Source: Methylothermaceae bacterium (GTDB lineage Bacteria; Pseudomonadota; Gammaproteobacteria; Methylococcales; Methylothermaceae). From it: a stretch of 64,000 bases of DNA. The notes beneath the pieces were generated by a model. It worked only from the letters and a program-made list of their open reading frames with translations, was not told the DNA's origin and searched no databases. The DNA lies in assembly GCA_026984375.1 (NCBI GenBank), contig JALSSF010000064.1, positions 88 through 64,087 of the forward strand, read 5' to 3'. Within the stretch, counting starts at the first letter, position 1, and every line of letters starts with the position of its first letter. Below are positions 8,439-16,787 of this stretch, piece by piece. The position numbers were made by a program, and so were the translations under genes.

Positions 8439-8865
8439 ACTCAAACCCAAACCCGCCGGCCGCCTGATCGCCGGCCGCACCGAAACCCGAGCCCCGGCCC
8501 GGCTGGTGAAGCTGGCCCTGGACGCCTGGGAAGTGAAGAAGGAACTGGACCGGCTCAAGGACGAGCTGGCCGCCTGCAACGAAAAGTTGGCCCAGGCCAT
8601 CGAGCCGGGCACGGCGCTGGAGATCGCCGGGGTGTGCCGGGTGACGGTGGCCGAGCGTCAGACCGTCAAGGTCACCGACGCCGCCGCCCTGGAGCAGATC
8701 CTGGGGCCCAGGTTCGAGGACCTGGTGGACATCCGCGTCAGCCACCGCCCCCTGCCCAAACTGGTGCGGCTGGCCACCGACGGCGACAACCCGCTCGGCC
8801 AGGCCGTGGCCCAGGCGCTTTCGATCGAGCGCAGCGTGACCGTTTCCTACCGACCCGCGAAATAG
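8425..8865 (+). CDS. Hypothetical phage protein
   Basis: Operon context; phage-like codon usage. Confidence 0.65.
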   Translation: MSVTELKPKPAGRLIAGRTETRAPARLVKLALDAWEVKKELDRLKDELAACNEKLAQAIEPGTALEIAGVCRVTVAERQTVKVTDAAALEQILGPRFEDLVDIRVSHRPLPKLVRLATDGDNPLGQAVAQALSIERSVTVSYRPAK

Positions 8866-8876
8866 AGGAGAGCGAC

Positions 8877-9155
8877 ATGACCAAGTTCGAACTGATCCGA
8901 TACATCCGAAACACCGCCGGCGAGGCGCTGACCCTTGACCAGATCGACGCGGTACTGAGGGCGCTGCCAGGTGCCGCCGCTCACAGCCTGCGCCGTGACG
9001 GGGAATTCGCCTTACATGGCCTGGGCAAACTCAAGCTTGTCGAGCGTGCCGCCAGAGTCGGCCGCAATCCCCGGACCGGCGAGGTCATCGAGATTCCGGC
9101 GAAAAAGGCGGTCAAGTTCGTCCCCGCCAAGCCCCTCGAGGAGGCTCTGCGATGA
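8877..9155 (+). CDS. Phage-encoded HU/IHF-family DNA-binding protein
   Basis: GAGGAG RBS; arm motif RAARVGRNPRTGEVIEIPAKKAVKFVPAKPL. Confidence 0.9.
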   Translation: MTKFELIRYIRNTAGEALTLDQIDAVLRALPGAAAHSLRRDGEFALHGLGKLKLVERAARVGRNPRTGEVIEIPAKKAVKFVPAKPLEEALR

Positions 9156-9385
9156 CCGACTTCGACCGCGTCCGCAAGCTGATCGACTCGATCGAGGCCG
9201 ATCACAACGGCCTGCGCGAGGATCACGACGTGCTGACGGAGGATTGCCTGACGTTGCAGCAGGCGGTCGATCGCCTCGACCGAGAGGCGGAAGCCCTGCG
9301 CCGGCGCTGCCGTTTGCATCGGGCCGCCGCCCTGCTCGGCTGGACCGTCGCCATCGTCGCCGTGGCCAACGCCGTGATGACCTGA
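9152..9385 (+). CDS. Hypothetical coiled-coil protein with C-terminal TM segment
   Basis: ATGA overlap with HU gene; hydrophobic tail AALLGWTVAIVAVANAV. Confidence 0.6.
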   Translation: MTDFDRVRKLIDSIEADHNGLREDHDVLTEDCLTLQQAVDRLDREAEALRRRCRLHRAAALLGWTVAIVAVANAVMT

Positions 9386-9555
9386 CATCCCCACCGGCCC
9401 GCAATGGGCCCGCCCAGCCGGCGGTGGCGCAAAACACCGGCAGCGGGAGTCTGGACCTCCTCGGATGATCCCGCCGTCCGCCCCACGTCACGGGGCCTCT
9501 TCCCAGACCGTCCTCGAGGAGGGCGGCCCGGAAAGAGCGGAGAGGAAAACACGCA

Positions 9556-9759
9556 ATGATCGACTGGGAACAGGCCGTGAAACTGGCCACCGAAACCGAC
9601 CTGACCTGCGGCGAGATCGCCGACCGCTGCGGCTGGCCGGAAAACCGCTCGCTGGCGAAATTCGCCGAGATGCTGGAGCGCCGGCTGCCGAAAAAGCGCC
9701 GCCGGGCGCTGGTGACGCCTGGACCGGCCTACCGGGTGCGCAACGTGGAGGTGGCCTGA
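9556..9759 (+). CDS. Hypothetical phage protein
   Basis: GAGG RBS; TGATG-coupled to the gemA-like gene. Confidence 0.55.
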   Translation: MIDWEQAVKLATETDLTCGEIADRCGWPENRSLAKFAEMLERRLPKKRRRALVTPGPAYRVRNVEVA

Positions 9760-10160
9760 TGGACGCCTACCGCCGCCAGCTGGCCCGTATCCACTGCCTG
9801 AAGAAAGAACTCGGGCTGGACGACGACACCTACCGGCACATGCTCCGGGAAATCGGCGGGGGCGATTCCGCCCGCGATCTGACGCCGGACGGCCGCGCCA
9901 AGGTGATCCGCCACCTGGCGAGACTGGCCGGCGGCCGCCGGCAATATCCCGGCCGCCCCCACAACGCCGATATTCAGCCTCAGATCGGCAAGATCGAGGC
10001 GCTATTGGCCGAAGCGGGGCGCCCCTGGGGGTACGCGATTGCCCTGTGCAAACGGATCGCCAAGAAGGACCGGCTGGAGTTCTGCTCGGTGGAGGAGCTG
10101 CGCAAGATCATCGCGGCGTTGGAGTACGACCGGAATCGGAGGGAGTGCCGTGCCGATTGA
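9759..10160 (+). CDS. Mu gp16/GemA-like protein (DUF1018)
   Basis: LARIHCLKKELGLDDDTYRHML...SARDLT signature. Confidence 0.85.
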   Translation: MDAYRRQLARIHCLKKELGLDDDTYRHMLREIGGGDSARDLTPDGRAKVIRHLARLAGGRRQYPGRPHNADIQPQIGKIEALLAEAGRPWGYAIALCKRIAKKDRLEFCSVEELRKIIAALEYDRNRRECRAD

Positions 10161-10695
10161 AGGCGTCTGCCCCACCTGCGGCGCCAAGTTCGATCTGGCC
10201 CACGCCCTCCAGGACGGCGAAGCCCGCCAGGCCCTGGCCGCCGCCCTGTCCCTGCCGGCCCCGTTGGCCCGCCTGGTGGTGCCGTACCTGTCCCTCCACG
10301 CCCCCGGCAAAAAGCGCATCGCCTGGCGCAAGCTGGCCCGCCTCCTGCGCGAGCTGGTCGCCCTGATCGAGGCCGGCCAGGTCACGAGCGGCGGCCAGTC
10401 TCACGCCGCCCCGCTGGAACTGTGGCGGGAAGGGCTGGAGAAAGTGCTGGCCGCCGCCGAGGCCGGGCAACTGACCCTCCCCCTCGAGGGCCACGGCTAT
10501 CTCACCAAAGTGGTCTGGACCGAGGCCGCCCGGCGCGCCGGCAGACAGGCCGCCGCGCAAAAGCCAATGCACCCAAGTCACCGCCCGGTGGCGCCCCCCA
10601 CCCAACCCTCCCCCCGGCGGGGGGAGGGCCAGGGAGGGGGGGAATCCATCGCCGAGCACCTGGAACGGATGAAACGGAGCGTCGGCAAGCGATGA
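10150..10695 (+). CDS. Hypothetical phage protein with N-terminal CxxC
   Basis: GTG start overlapping gemA-like stop region; CPTCGAKF. Confidence 0.65.
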   Translation: MPIEGVCPTCGAKFDLAHALQDGEARQALAAALSLPAPLARLVVPYLSLHAPGKKRIAWRKLARLLRELVALIEAGQVTSGGQSHAAPLELWREGLEKVLAAAEAGQLTLPLEGHGYLTKVVWTEAARRAGRQAAAQKPMHPSHRPVAPPTQPSPRRGEGQGGGESIAEHLERMKRSVGKR

Positions 10696-11099
10696 TCGAT
10701 CTGTCTCTGATTCCGCCGGGATTCCGCCAGGTCGTGGAACTCGTCGGCCCGACCGCCGCCATGGCGCTGGTCGAGCGTTACGGCGGCCTCGAGCTCCACG
10801 TCCCGGCCCGTTTCAGCGCCGACATGCCCTTGTGCGCCCTGGTCGGCCCCGAGGCCGCCAGGAAGCTGGTGCAGATGTACGGCCACACCAAACTCTACAT
10901 CCCCCTGTGCCAGCGCGCCCTGGTCGCCGCCAGAAACGCCGAGATCCTGGCCCGCTACCAGGCCGGCGAATCCCCCAGGGTCATCGCCCGGGACTGTCAG
11001 ATGAGCGAGCGCTGGGTGTGGGAGATCATCCGCAAGACCCGGCGCGGGCGGACGGATGGCGATGGGGGGCAGGTTGAGGTATTCGATTTATGGAAATAA
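10692..11099 (+). CDS. Mor/C-family transcriptional activator
   Basis: LVERYGG.ELHVP...LVQMYG...LYIP...RNAEIL...SERWVWEII; last gene of the early/middle block. Confidence 0.88.
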   Translation: MIDLSLIPPGFRQVVELVGPTAAMALVERYGGLELHVPARFSADMPLCALVGPEAARKLVQMYGHTKLYIPLCQRALVAARNAEILARYQAGESPRVIARDCQMSERWVWEIIRKTRRGRTDGDGGQVEVFDLWK

Positions 11100-11661
11100 T
11101 CTGAAAAATTGTTTCCAAAACTCCCTTGCGGCCGGTCGCGCCTTGGCCGGGGATTCGGGCAAACCGGAGTCTGTCGCCGCCAGTTACGCCACGGAGAACC
11201 TAGGCGATGACTGCAGCCAGTGGCTGCGGGAAGCTGAGGCCCACCTTCAGGCCCGGGTCGCCGGGGCGAAGTTCGACTTCCAGGCCGCCGCCGAGGAGGC
11301 GCGGCGTCAGATCATTGAGCGTCTGCTAGATGACGCCGAGCAGGAGCTAGGCAGCGACAGCACCATTGCCGAGCGCATTGCCCACATCCTCGGCGACGAC
11401 GGCCAGAACTTCGTGGCCGTCGAGGCAGGCGATTTTGTTGACGAGATCGGCTTGACTGATCTAGCAAAGGCCGCCGGCGCCGCAATTGAGGCGGCTTACC
11501 GACAACCTGACAGCAACGATCTGATCCCATGTCCAGTCGCCAGCGTGCCCCACGGCGGTTATATCCGCTACCTGTTCAACGACGGCTCGGCAATCGTCGA
11601 GCAGGTCGGGTATGCCTGGGACATTGAGGAAAAGGAGCCGTTTTCATGGAGCACGGCGTGA
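11056..11661 (+). CDS. Hypothetical acidic protein; start uncertain, possibly 5'-truncated
   Basis: Long open frame with protein-like 3' half, but no ATG with RBS after the mor stop; more AT-rich. Confidence 0.4.
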   Translation: MAMGGRLRYSIYGNNLKNCFQNSLAAGRALAGDSGKPESVAASYATENLGDDCSQWLREAEAHLQARVAGAKFDFQAAAEEARRQIIERLLDDAEQELGSDSTIAERIAHILGDDGQNFVAVEAGDFVDEIGLTDLAKAAGAAIEAAYRQPDSNDLIPCPVASVPHGGYIRYLFNDGSAIVEQVGYAWDIEEKEPFSWSTA

Positions 11662-11894
11662 CCAACCACCCAAACCGCAGCCGGTCCCGAAAGGGGCCGG
11701 CCGCAAATCCTGCCCCAAATGCCATTCGTGCCGCACGATTGGCGGCAGGCCTTACTCAGGCAGAAGCGGCAGCGTTGGTGTATGCGGCACAGCGCTCATG
11801 GCAGGATTGGGAGGCCGGGAGGCGGCGCATGCACCCAGCCATATTTGAGCTTTTTCTAATTAAGACCGGCGCTGGCAAGTGTTGTAGGCAGTAA
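11646..11894 (+). CDS. Small XRE-type HTH protein
   Basis: IRAARLAAGLTQAEAAALV...WQDWEAGRRRMHPAIFELF; GGAG RBS. Confidence 0.75.
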   Translation: MEHGVTNHPNRSRSRKGPAANPAPNAIRAARLAAGLTQAEAAALVYAAQRSWQDWEAGRRRMHPAIFELFLIKTGAGKCCRQ

Positions 11895-11919
11895 ACGCTC
11901 GCCAGCGCCACAGCCTGCG

Positions 11920-11980
11920 TTACACCGCCTGAAAACCGGGCTTCAGCCCAGTTTCAAGCCGCCCCTTCGGGGGTGGTTTT
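11920..11980 (+). repeat. 61-bp repeat, copy 1 (inverted relative to 20925-20985)
   Basis: 50/61 identical, ungapped, to the reverse complement of 20925-20985; overlaps the last codons of the HsdR-N gene; on the minus strand contains two hairpins, the second followed by T residues. Confidence 0.85.
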
Positions 11981-13048
11981 CCCATCGTAATATGCCACGA
12001 TGCCCTTGATCTGATCGGCGAATTTGTATATCTCGCTCAGATCCGCAATCGGGTGCCTGGTTTCCTTTCTGTCGTCGCCGTCTGGCTCGAAGGTTCCCAG
12101 GTATTTCTGGGCGCGGTTGAAATGCAGTCGGCAAATGGGCTTGCGATTGTTGTCGTCCAGCAAAATGCCACAGTAAGATTTTCGATCCCGCATCGCCACG
12201 CGAGCCGGGTCGATGGACTCGCGCAGGATAGCTCGGACGATATAGAAGCCTTCCAGCTCTTCCTCAGTCGTTACAATTTCATCTTGTTCGTTGTCGTTTT
12301 CCTCGCTGTGATCCGAGCTTGCTTCGATGGGATCCGTTGCGACCAAGGCGGACTTAAGACGCTCATTGATTTTCTCGTTGATGAACTGGTTGACAGCTCT
12401 CTGTACGATCGTGGAGAACTGCTCCTTGACCGCCTGAGTAATGGGCTTGGTATACACCCGCTTTACCAAAAACCGAATGAACTCGTCTGAAGGCGATGAG
12501 ACTTCTTTTGCCAGAACCCGCTTTATCTCTCTGGTGTACTTCAGGTCGCTAGCAGCATTTACCGCAGATTCCAAGTCAAATCCGGATTTGGTGAATTTTT
12601 TGATCTCAGGGATCAGGGTCTCGTCTACCTCCAGAATGTTGAATTCCAGAAATGGGCGCTCATCCATCTTGTTGGGTTCATCTAGATCAGTGAAAAACCT
12701 GTAGGTGACACCGTTTGTCAGAATGCCGATCCGAGCTCTGGTGACACTGAAGTATCGATAAAGCTGGGAAGCATGTATTTCATCTAGGTTGGTTTTGCAA
12801 CTTTTGCACTCGATCAACATTATCGGTTCACCGTCTTGTGTAATGGCATAATCGACCTTTTCACCCTTTTTGATGCCTACATCGGCGTTAAATTCCGGAA
12901 TGACCTCCATCGGATTGAAGATGTCGTATCCAAGCAACTGGATGAATGGTAGGATGAATGCCGTTTTTGTCGCCTCTTCCGTTTCTATAGCCGGTAACTG
13001 TTTCTGGATTTTAGCCGCAAGCGATTGAATCTGATCGATCAAATCCAT
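11954..13048 (-). CDS. Stand-alone type I restriction HsdR N-terminal (HSDR_N)-like PD-(D/E)xK nuclease; accessory gene
   Basis: EEATK...PFIQLLGYDIFNP.EV.PE...GEKVDYAI...IECK...QL.RYF...GILTNG..YRFFTD; AAGGAGG RBS; AT-richer; antisense to phage genes. Confidence 0.85.
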   Translation of the reverse strand: MDLIDQIQSLAAKIQKQLPAIETEEATKTAFILPFIQLLGYDIFNPMEVIPEFNADVGIKKGEKVDYAITQDGEPIMLIECKSCKTNLDEIHASQLYRYFSVTRARIGILTNGVTYRFFTDLDEPNKMDERPFLEFNILEVDETLIPEIKKFTKSGFDLESAVNAASDLKYTREIKRVLAKEVSSPSDEFIRFLVKRVYTKPITQAVKEQFSTIVQRAVNQFINEKINERLKSALVATDPIEASSDHSEENDNEQDEIVTTEEELEGFYIVRAILRESIDPARVAMRDRKSYCGILLDDNNRKPICRLHFNRAQKYLGTFEPDGDDRKETRHPIADLSEIYKFADQIKGIVAYYDGKTTPEGAA

Positions 13049-13116
13049 TATTTTCCTCCTTGGTTTGGTTAAAAGAAGATGCCCGCCCTGGATGGGTTAT
13101 AGGGTGTATACACTCC

Positions 13117-13171
13117 ACTGAACCCCATCCCCCTTCATCCCCTCTTCCGCCGCCTTTAGGCTGGCGGCATG
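13117..13171 (+). promoter_or_regulatory. Late promoter of the lysis/head operon (Plys-like)
   Basis: 46/55 identical to 22405-22459; TAGGCT 6 nt before ATG; no SD. Confidence 0.8.
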
Positions 13172-13681
13172 GACGCCGATTTCATCATCGATCAAATCAT
13201 CCGCCGCGAGGGCGGCTACGTCAACCACCCGGCCGACCGCGGCGGGCCGACCAAGTACGGCATCACCCAGGCCACGTTGAGCCGCTGGCGCCGGGGCGAT
13301 CCGGTGTCCCCGTCGGACGTGGAGGCGCTGACCGAAGCCGAGGCCCGGCGCATCTACCGCGTCCTCTACATCACCCGCCCCGGCTTCCACATGATCGAGC
13401 ACGCCCCCCTGCGCACCCTGGTGGTCGATTGCGGTGTCCACCACGGCGTCCGGCGGGCGGCCGAGTGGCTGCAGGAGGCCGCGGGTGTGCCGGTGGACGG
13501 CATCGTGGGGCCGGTGACCCTGAAGGCGGTCAACGCCGCAGACGGCCACCTGCTGTACCGCAAGGTGCTGGCCACGCGGGCCAGATTCTACGGCTGGATC
13601 ATCGCCCGCGACCACGCCCAGGCGGTGTTCGCCCGCGGCTGGATGAAGCGTCTTGCCGAATTCATCGAAAACTGCCCATAA
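13169..13681 (+). CDS. Endolysin, GH108 (DUF847) lysozyme with PG-binding domain
   Basis: REGGYVNHPADRGGPTKYGIT motif; DGIVGPVT; F.RGW..R. Confidence 0.92.
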   Translation: MDADFIIDQIIRREGGYVNHPADRGGPTKYGITQATLSRWRRGDPVSPSDVEALTEAEARRIYRVLYITRPGFHMIEHAPLRTLVVDCGVHHGVRRAAEWLQEAAGVPVDGIVGPVTLKAVNAADGHLLYRKVLATRARFYGWIIARDHAQAVFARGWMKRLAEFIENCP

Positions 13682-13689
13682 GGTGCCTC

Positions 13690-13911
13690 ATGAAACGATT
13701 GATCCCCCTGATCGCCCTGATTTCCCTGACCGGTTGCCAGCAGGCCCTGGTGGCCAAGAAGGCCGTCGATGCCGTGTTCGCCGAGGGCGTCAGCCTGTAT
13801 TGCCGCCTCCCGGAGACGGCCCGGCTGGCCAACCGCGAGCGGATCGCCGCCCGGATCTTTCCGCACCGCATCGAGATTCATTGCTTCCAGGTCTCGCGCA
13901 GCGGGGGCTGA
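13690..13911 (+). CDS. Small lipoprotein (possible spanin component)
   Basis: MKRLIPLIALISLTGC lipobox directly after the endolysin. Confidence 0.7.
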   Translation: MKRLIPLIALISLTGCQQALVAKKAVDAVFAEGVSLYCRLPETARLANRERIAARIFPHRIEIHCFQVSRSGG

Positions 13912-13912
13912 C

Positions 13913-14284
13913 ATGCGGTTTCTCACTCGACTGGTGACCGAATTCCTGCCCGAATCCGGTAGGCGGCGGCTGATACGGCCGCTGATCGCCCAGGACCCGG
14001 ACAATCCCTGTCTGACGATCGTCGTCCCCTGCCGGTTCGAGACGGATTTCGCCAGCGTACCCAAACGGTTCCGTCGCTGGATCGACAACGACGAACACTG
14101 GCTGGTGCGTCCCGCCGTCCTCCACGACTGGCTCTATAGCGAGGGCATCGGCACTCGCGCCCAGGCTGACAAAATCCTCTACCGCGCCTGTCTGTCCGAG
14201 GGTTCGCCCAGATTGGCCGCCTGGGTCGTGTGGGCGGCGGTGCGGGCCTTCGGCGGCCGTCATTACGGCAGGGAGGGCGCGTGA
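13913..14284 (+). CDS. DUF1353-family protein
   Basis: VP..FETDFASVP...AVLHDWLY...RAQAD...AVRAFG motifs. Confidence 0.8.
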   Translation: MRFLTRLVTEFLPESGRRRLIRPLIAQDPDNPCLTIVVPCRFETDFASVPKRFRRWIDNDEHWLVRPAVLHDWLYSEGIGTRAQADKILYRACLSEGSPRLAAWVVWAAVRAFGGRHYGREGA

Positions 14285-14616
14285 CCCTGGAGCAGATCCA
14301 ACTGATCCTGACCGCCGTCAACATGGTCGGCACCGGCGCGGTGTGGCTCTACGTCCATCTCCAGGGCCGACGCCGGGTCACCGAGGACCGCCTGCGCAAG
14401 ATGGCCGACGACATCGACGCCCGTCTCGACGGTCACGGCCAGCGCCTCGCCGCCCTGGAGCAGGCCAGGGAGAGCGAGGTCAACCACGACCACCTGGCAG
14501 AGCTGTGGCAGGCGTTCCGCCAGACCCAGTCGCTGCTGTCCGAAATCAAGGGCAAGCAGGAAACCTTCCATGACATGCTCAAGGAACTGATCCGCCGCCA
14601 ATGGGAGAAACCATGA
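14281..14616 (+). CDS. Mu gp25-like (DUF2730-like) membrane-anchored coiled-coil protein
   Basis: N-terminal TM, coiled coil, position before gp26/terminase. Confidence 0.65.
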   Translation: MTLEQIQLILTAVNMVGTGAVWLYVHLQGRRRVTEDRLRKMADDIDARLDGHGQRLAALEQARESEVNHDHLAELWQAFRQTQSLLSEIKGKQETFHDMLKELIRRQWEKP

Positions 14617-14900
14617 CCGATCTGGAAACGCGATTCCGCCGTCATGCCCTGTTGCGCATCCTGGCCGAGGAACCGGACCGCAAACATAACCTCCACGTGC
14701 TCCAGCGCCTGCTGGACCTGGCGGGCCTGCCGGCCTCGCTCGATTTGCTGCGGGCGGAATTGAGCTGGCTGCAGGAAATGGGCTTGTTGGAAACCGACGA
14801 CGCCTGCGGCATTCTCTGCGCCCGCATCACCGCCCGCGGGGTGGACGTGGCCATGGGGCGCACGAAAGTGCCTGGTGTCGAAAGCCCGGGCCCGGCCTGA
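14613..14900 (+). CDS. Mu gp26-like winged-helix protein
   Basis: LLRILAE...LRAELSWLQEMGL...ITARGVDVAMGR..VPGV..P pattern. Confidence 0.8.
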   Translation: MTDLETRFRRHALLRILAEEPDRKHNLHVLQRLLDLAGLPASLDLLRAELSWLQEMGLLETDDACGILCARITARGVDVAMGRTKVPGVESPGPA

Positions 14901-15460
14901 TGGGACGCAAGAGCACCGTGGACAAACTGCCCCCCGACATCCGCCGGCAACTGGAGGCGCTGCTGGCCGATCCCCGCATGACCCAGCTCCAGGTCACCGA
15001 AGAGATCAACCAGGCGCTCGAACGCCACGACATCGAGTGGCGCCTGTCCAAATCCGCCGTCAACCGCTACGCCCAGCGCATGAGAGCCGTGCTGCAGAAG
15101 ATGCACGAGCGCAACCAGGTGGCGGAGATGTGGCTGGCCAAGTTCGGCCGTATTCCCCAAGGGAGATTGGGCCAGCTCATCATCAACATGATCCACGGGC
15201 TGGCCTTCGAGGCCGGTTTGAAACTGCACGACGGCGAGATCGACCCGGACGAGCTGCCGGAGCTGGTCCAGATGCTGCGGGGGCTGTCGGTGACCATCGA
15301 AAAGCTGGAGAAAGCCGCCAGCCTGAACGCCGAGCGGGAGGCGGAGATCCGGGAAGCCGAGCGCCGACGCGCCGCCGAAGAGTTGGCGGCGCTGGAAAAC
15401 AAGCCCGGCCTGGACGCCGAGACGATCAAAAAGGTGCGCGAGGCCCTCTATGGCGCCTGA
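14900..15460 (+). CDS. Mu gp27-like small terminase (DUF3486)
   Basis: MGRKSTVDKLP...SKSAVNRY signature. Confidence 0.88.
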   Translation: MGRKSTVDKLPPDIRRQLEALLADPRMTQLQVTEEINQALERHDIEWRLSKSAVNRYAQRMRAVLQKMHERNQVAEMWLAKFGRIPQGRLGQLIINMIHGLAFEAGLKLHDGEIDPDELPELVQMLRGLSVTIEKLEKAASLNAEREAEIREAERRRAAEELAALENKPGLDAETIKKVREALYGA

Positions 15461-16787
15461 CCCGGTCCTGCTGCCGTACCAGCGCAGCTACCTCAAAGAC
15501 GCCAGCCGGTTCAAGGCGGGCATGTGGTCGCGTCAGACCGGCAAAACCTTTACCACCACCCTGGAGGCGGTCATCGACGTCCTCGAGGCCGAGGCCGCCG
15601 GAAAGCAGCGCCGCTGGACCATTCTCTCGGTATCGCGCGACCGGGCGCTAGATGCGATGGAAAACGGCGTGAAACTGCATCTACGCGCCTTTCAAGCCGC
15701 CTTCGAAAGCCTCGACGTGCCGCTGGAGGCCGACGAGCTGGCGCACCTGGTCCGGCTGCCGGGCGGCTCCTATATCCGTGCCGTCGCTTCCAAGCCCGCC
15801 ACCGCCCGCGGCATGAGCGACAACCTGATCCTGGACGAATTCGCCCATCATCAGGACAACCGCGCCATCTGGACCGCCCTGTTCCCGGTGATCTCTCGCC
15901 GCGATCTGAAGCTGCGGGTGATCTCGACGCCAAACGGCAAGGGGGACAAGTTCTACGAAATCATGACCGATCCGGATTCGCCGTTCTCGCGCCACGTGGT
16001 CACCATCTACGATGCGGTGGCCGACGGCCTCGACCGCGACATCGAGGAGCTTCGGCGCGGCATCGGCGATCCGGTCGCCTGGCGGCAGGAGTTCTGCTGC
16101 GAGTTCATCGACGAGGCGTCCGCCTGGCTCCCCTACGATCTGATCGACGCCTGCGAGGAACCGAACGCGGGCGACCCGGTGCGCTACGGCGGCGGCCCGT
16201 GTTACGTCGGCATGGACATCGCCGCCCGCGGCGACCTGACCGTCATCGCGGTCCTGGAGGACACCGGCGGCCGCCTGTGGTGCCGGGAGCTCGTCGAGAT
16301 GCGCGGCGCTCCGTTCGCCGAGCAATTGGCGGCCCTCGACCGGGTGATGCGTGACTACCGCGTGGTGCGTTGCGCCATGGACCAGACCGGCATGGGGGAG
16401 ATGCCGGTCGAGGAAGCCAGGCGCCGCCACGGCCAATACCGCATCGAGGGCGTGCTGCTCACCGCCTCCCGCAAGCTCGATCTGGCCACCTGTCTCAAGG
16501 AAGCGATGGAGGACCGCCGCCTGGCGATTCCGCCGTCCCAGGATCTGCGCACCGATCTGCACGCGGTTCAGCGGGTGCCCGGCGCCACCGGTGCCCCGCG
16601 CCTGGTGGCCGAGCGCGGCCCGGCCGGCCACGCCGACCGCTTTTGGGCCCTGGCGCTGGCGGTTTCCGCCGCCGCCACCGGTCACGAGCGCTTCGGCTAT
16701 GTGCCGGTCCGGCTCCGCCGCGCGCCGGACGACGACCCGACGCCGCGCCCCGTGCGCGTGACCGCCGGATTCAAGGGAGGACTGTAA
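15450..16787 (+). CDS. Terminase large subunit (Mu gp28-like)
   Basis: LLPYQ, SRQTGKTF Walker A, LILDEFAH Walker B, ISTPNG, YVGMDIA nuclease motif, HADRFWALALA. Confidence 0.95.
   Translation: MAPDPVLLPYQRSYLKDASRFKAGMWSRQTGKTFTTTLEAVIDVLEAEAAGKQRRWTILSVSRDRALDAMENGVKLHLRAFQAAFESLDVPLEADELAHLVRLPGGSYIRAVASKPATARGMSDNLILDEFAHHQDNRAIWTALFPVISRRDLKLRVISTPNGKGDKFYEIMTDPDSPFSRHVVTIYDAVADGLDRDIEELRRGIGDPVAWRQEFCCEFIDEASAWLPYDLIDACEEPNAGDPVRYGGGPCYVGMDIAARGDLTVIAVLEDTGGRLWCRELVEMRGAPFAEQLAALDRVMRDYRVVRCAMDQTGMGEMPVEEARRRHGQYRIEGVLLTASRKLDLATCLKEAMEDRRLAIPPSQDLRTDLHAVQRVPGATGAPRLVAERGPAGHADRFWALALAVSAAATGHERFGYVPVRLRRAPDDDPTPRPVRVTAGFKGGL

Noticed and set aside
9430-9480. Hammerhead-ribozyme-like strings (GCAAAAC ... 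CGGATGA)
   Set aside because: The core requires CUGANGA and GAAA with correct stems; both strings deviate.
13121-13130. CCCCAT in the late promoters as a sigma32 -10 element
   Set aside because: No CTTGAA at 13-15 nt spacing; the genuine sigma32 pattern occurs at 41749-41776.
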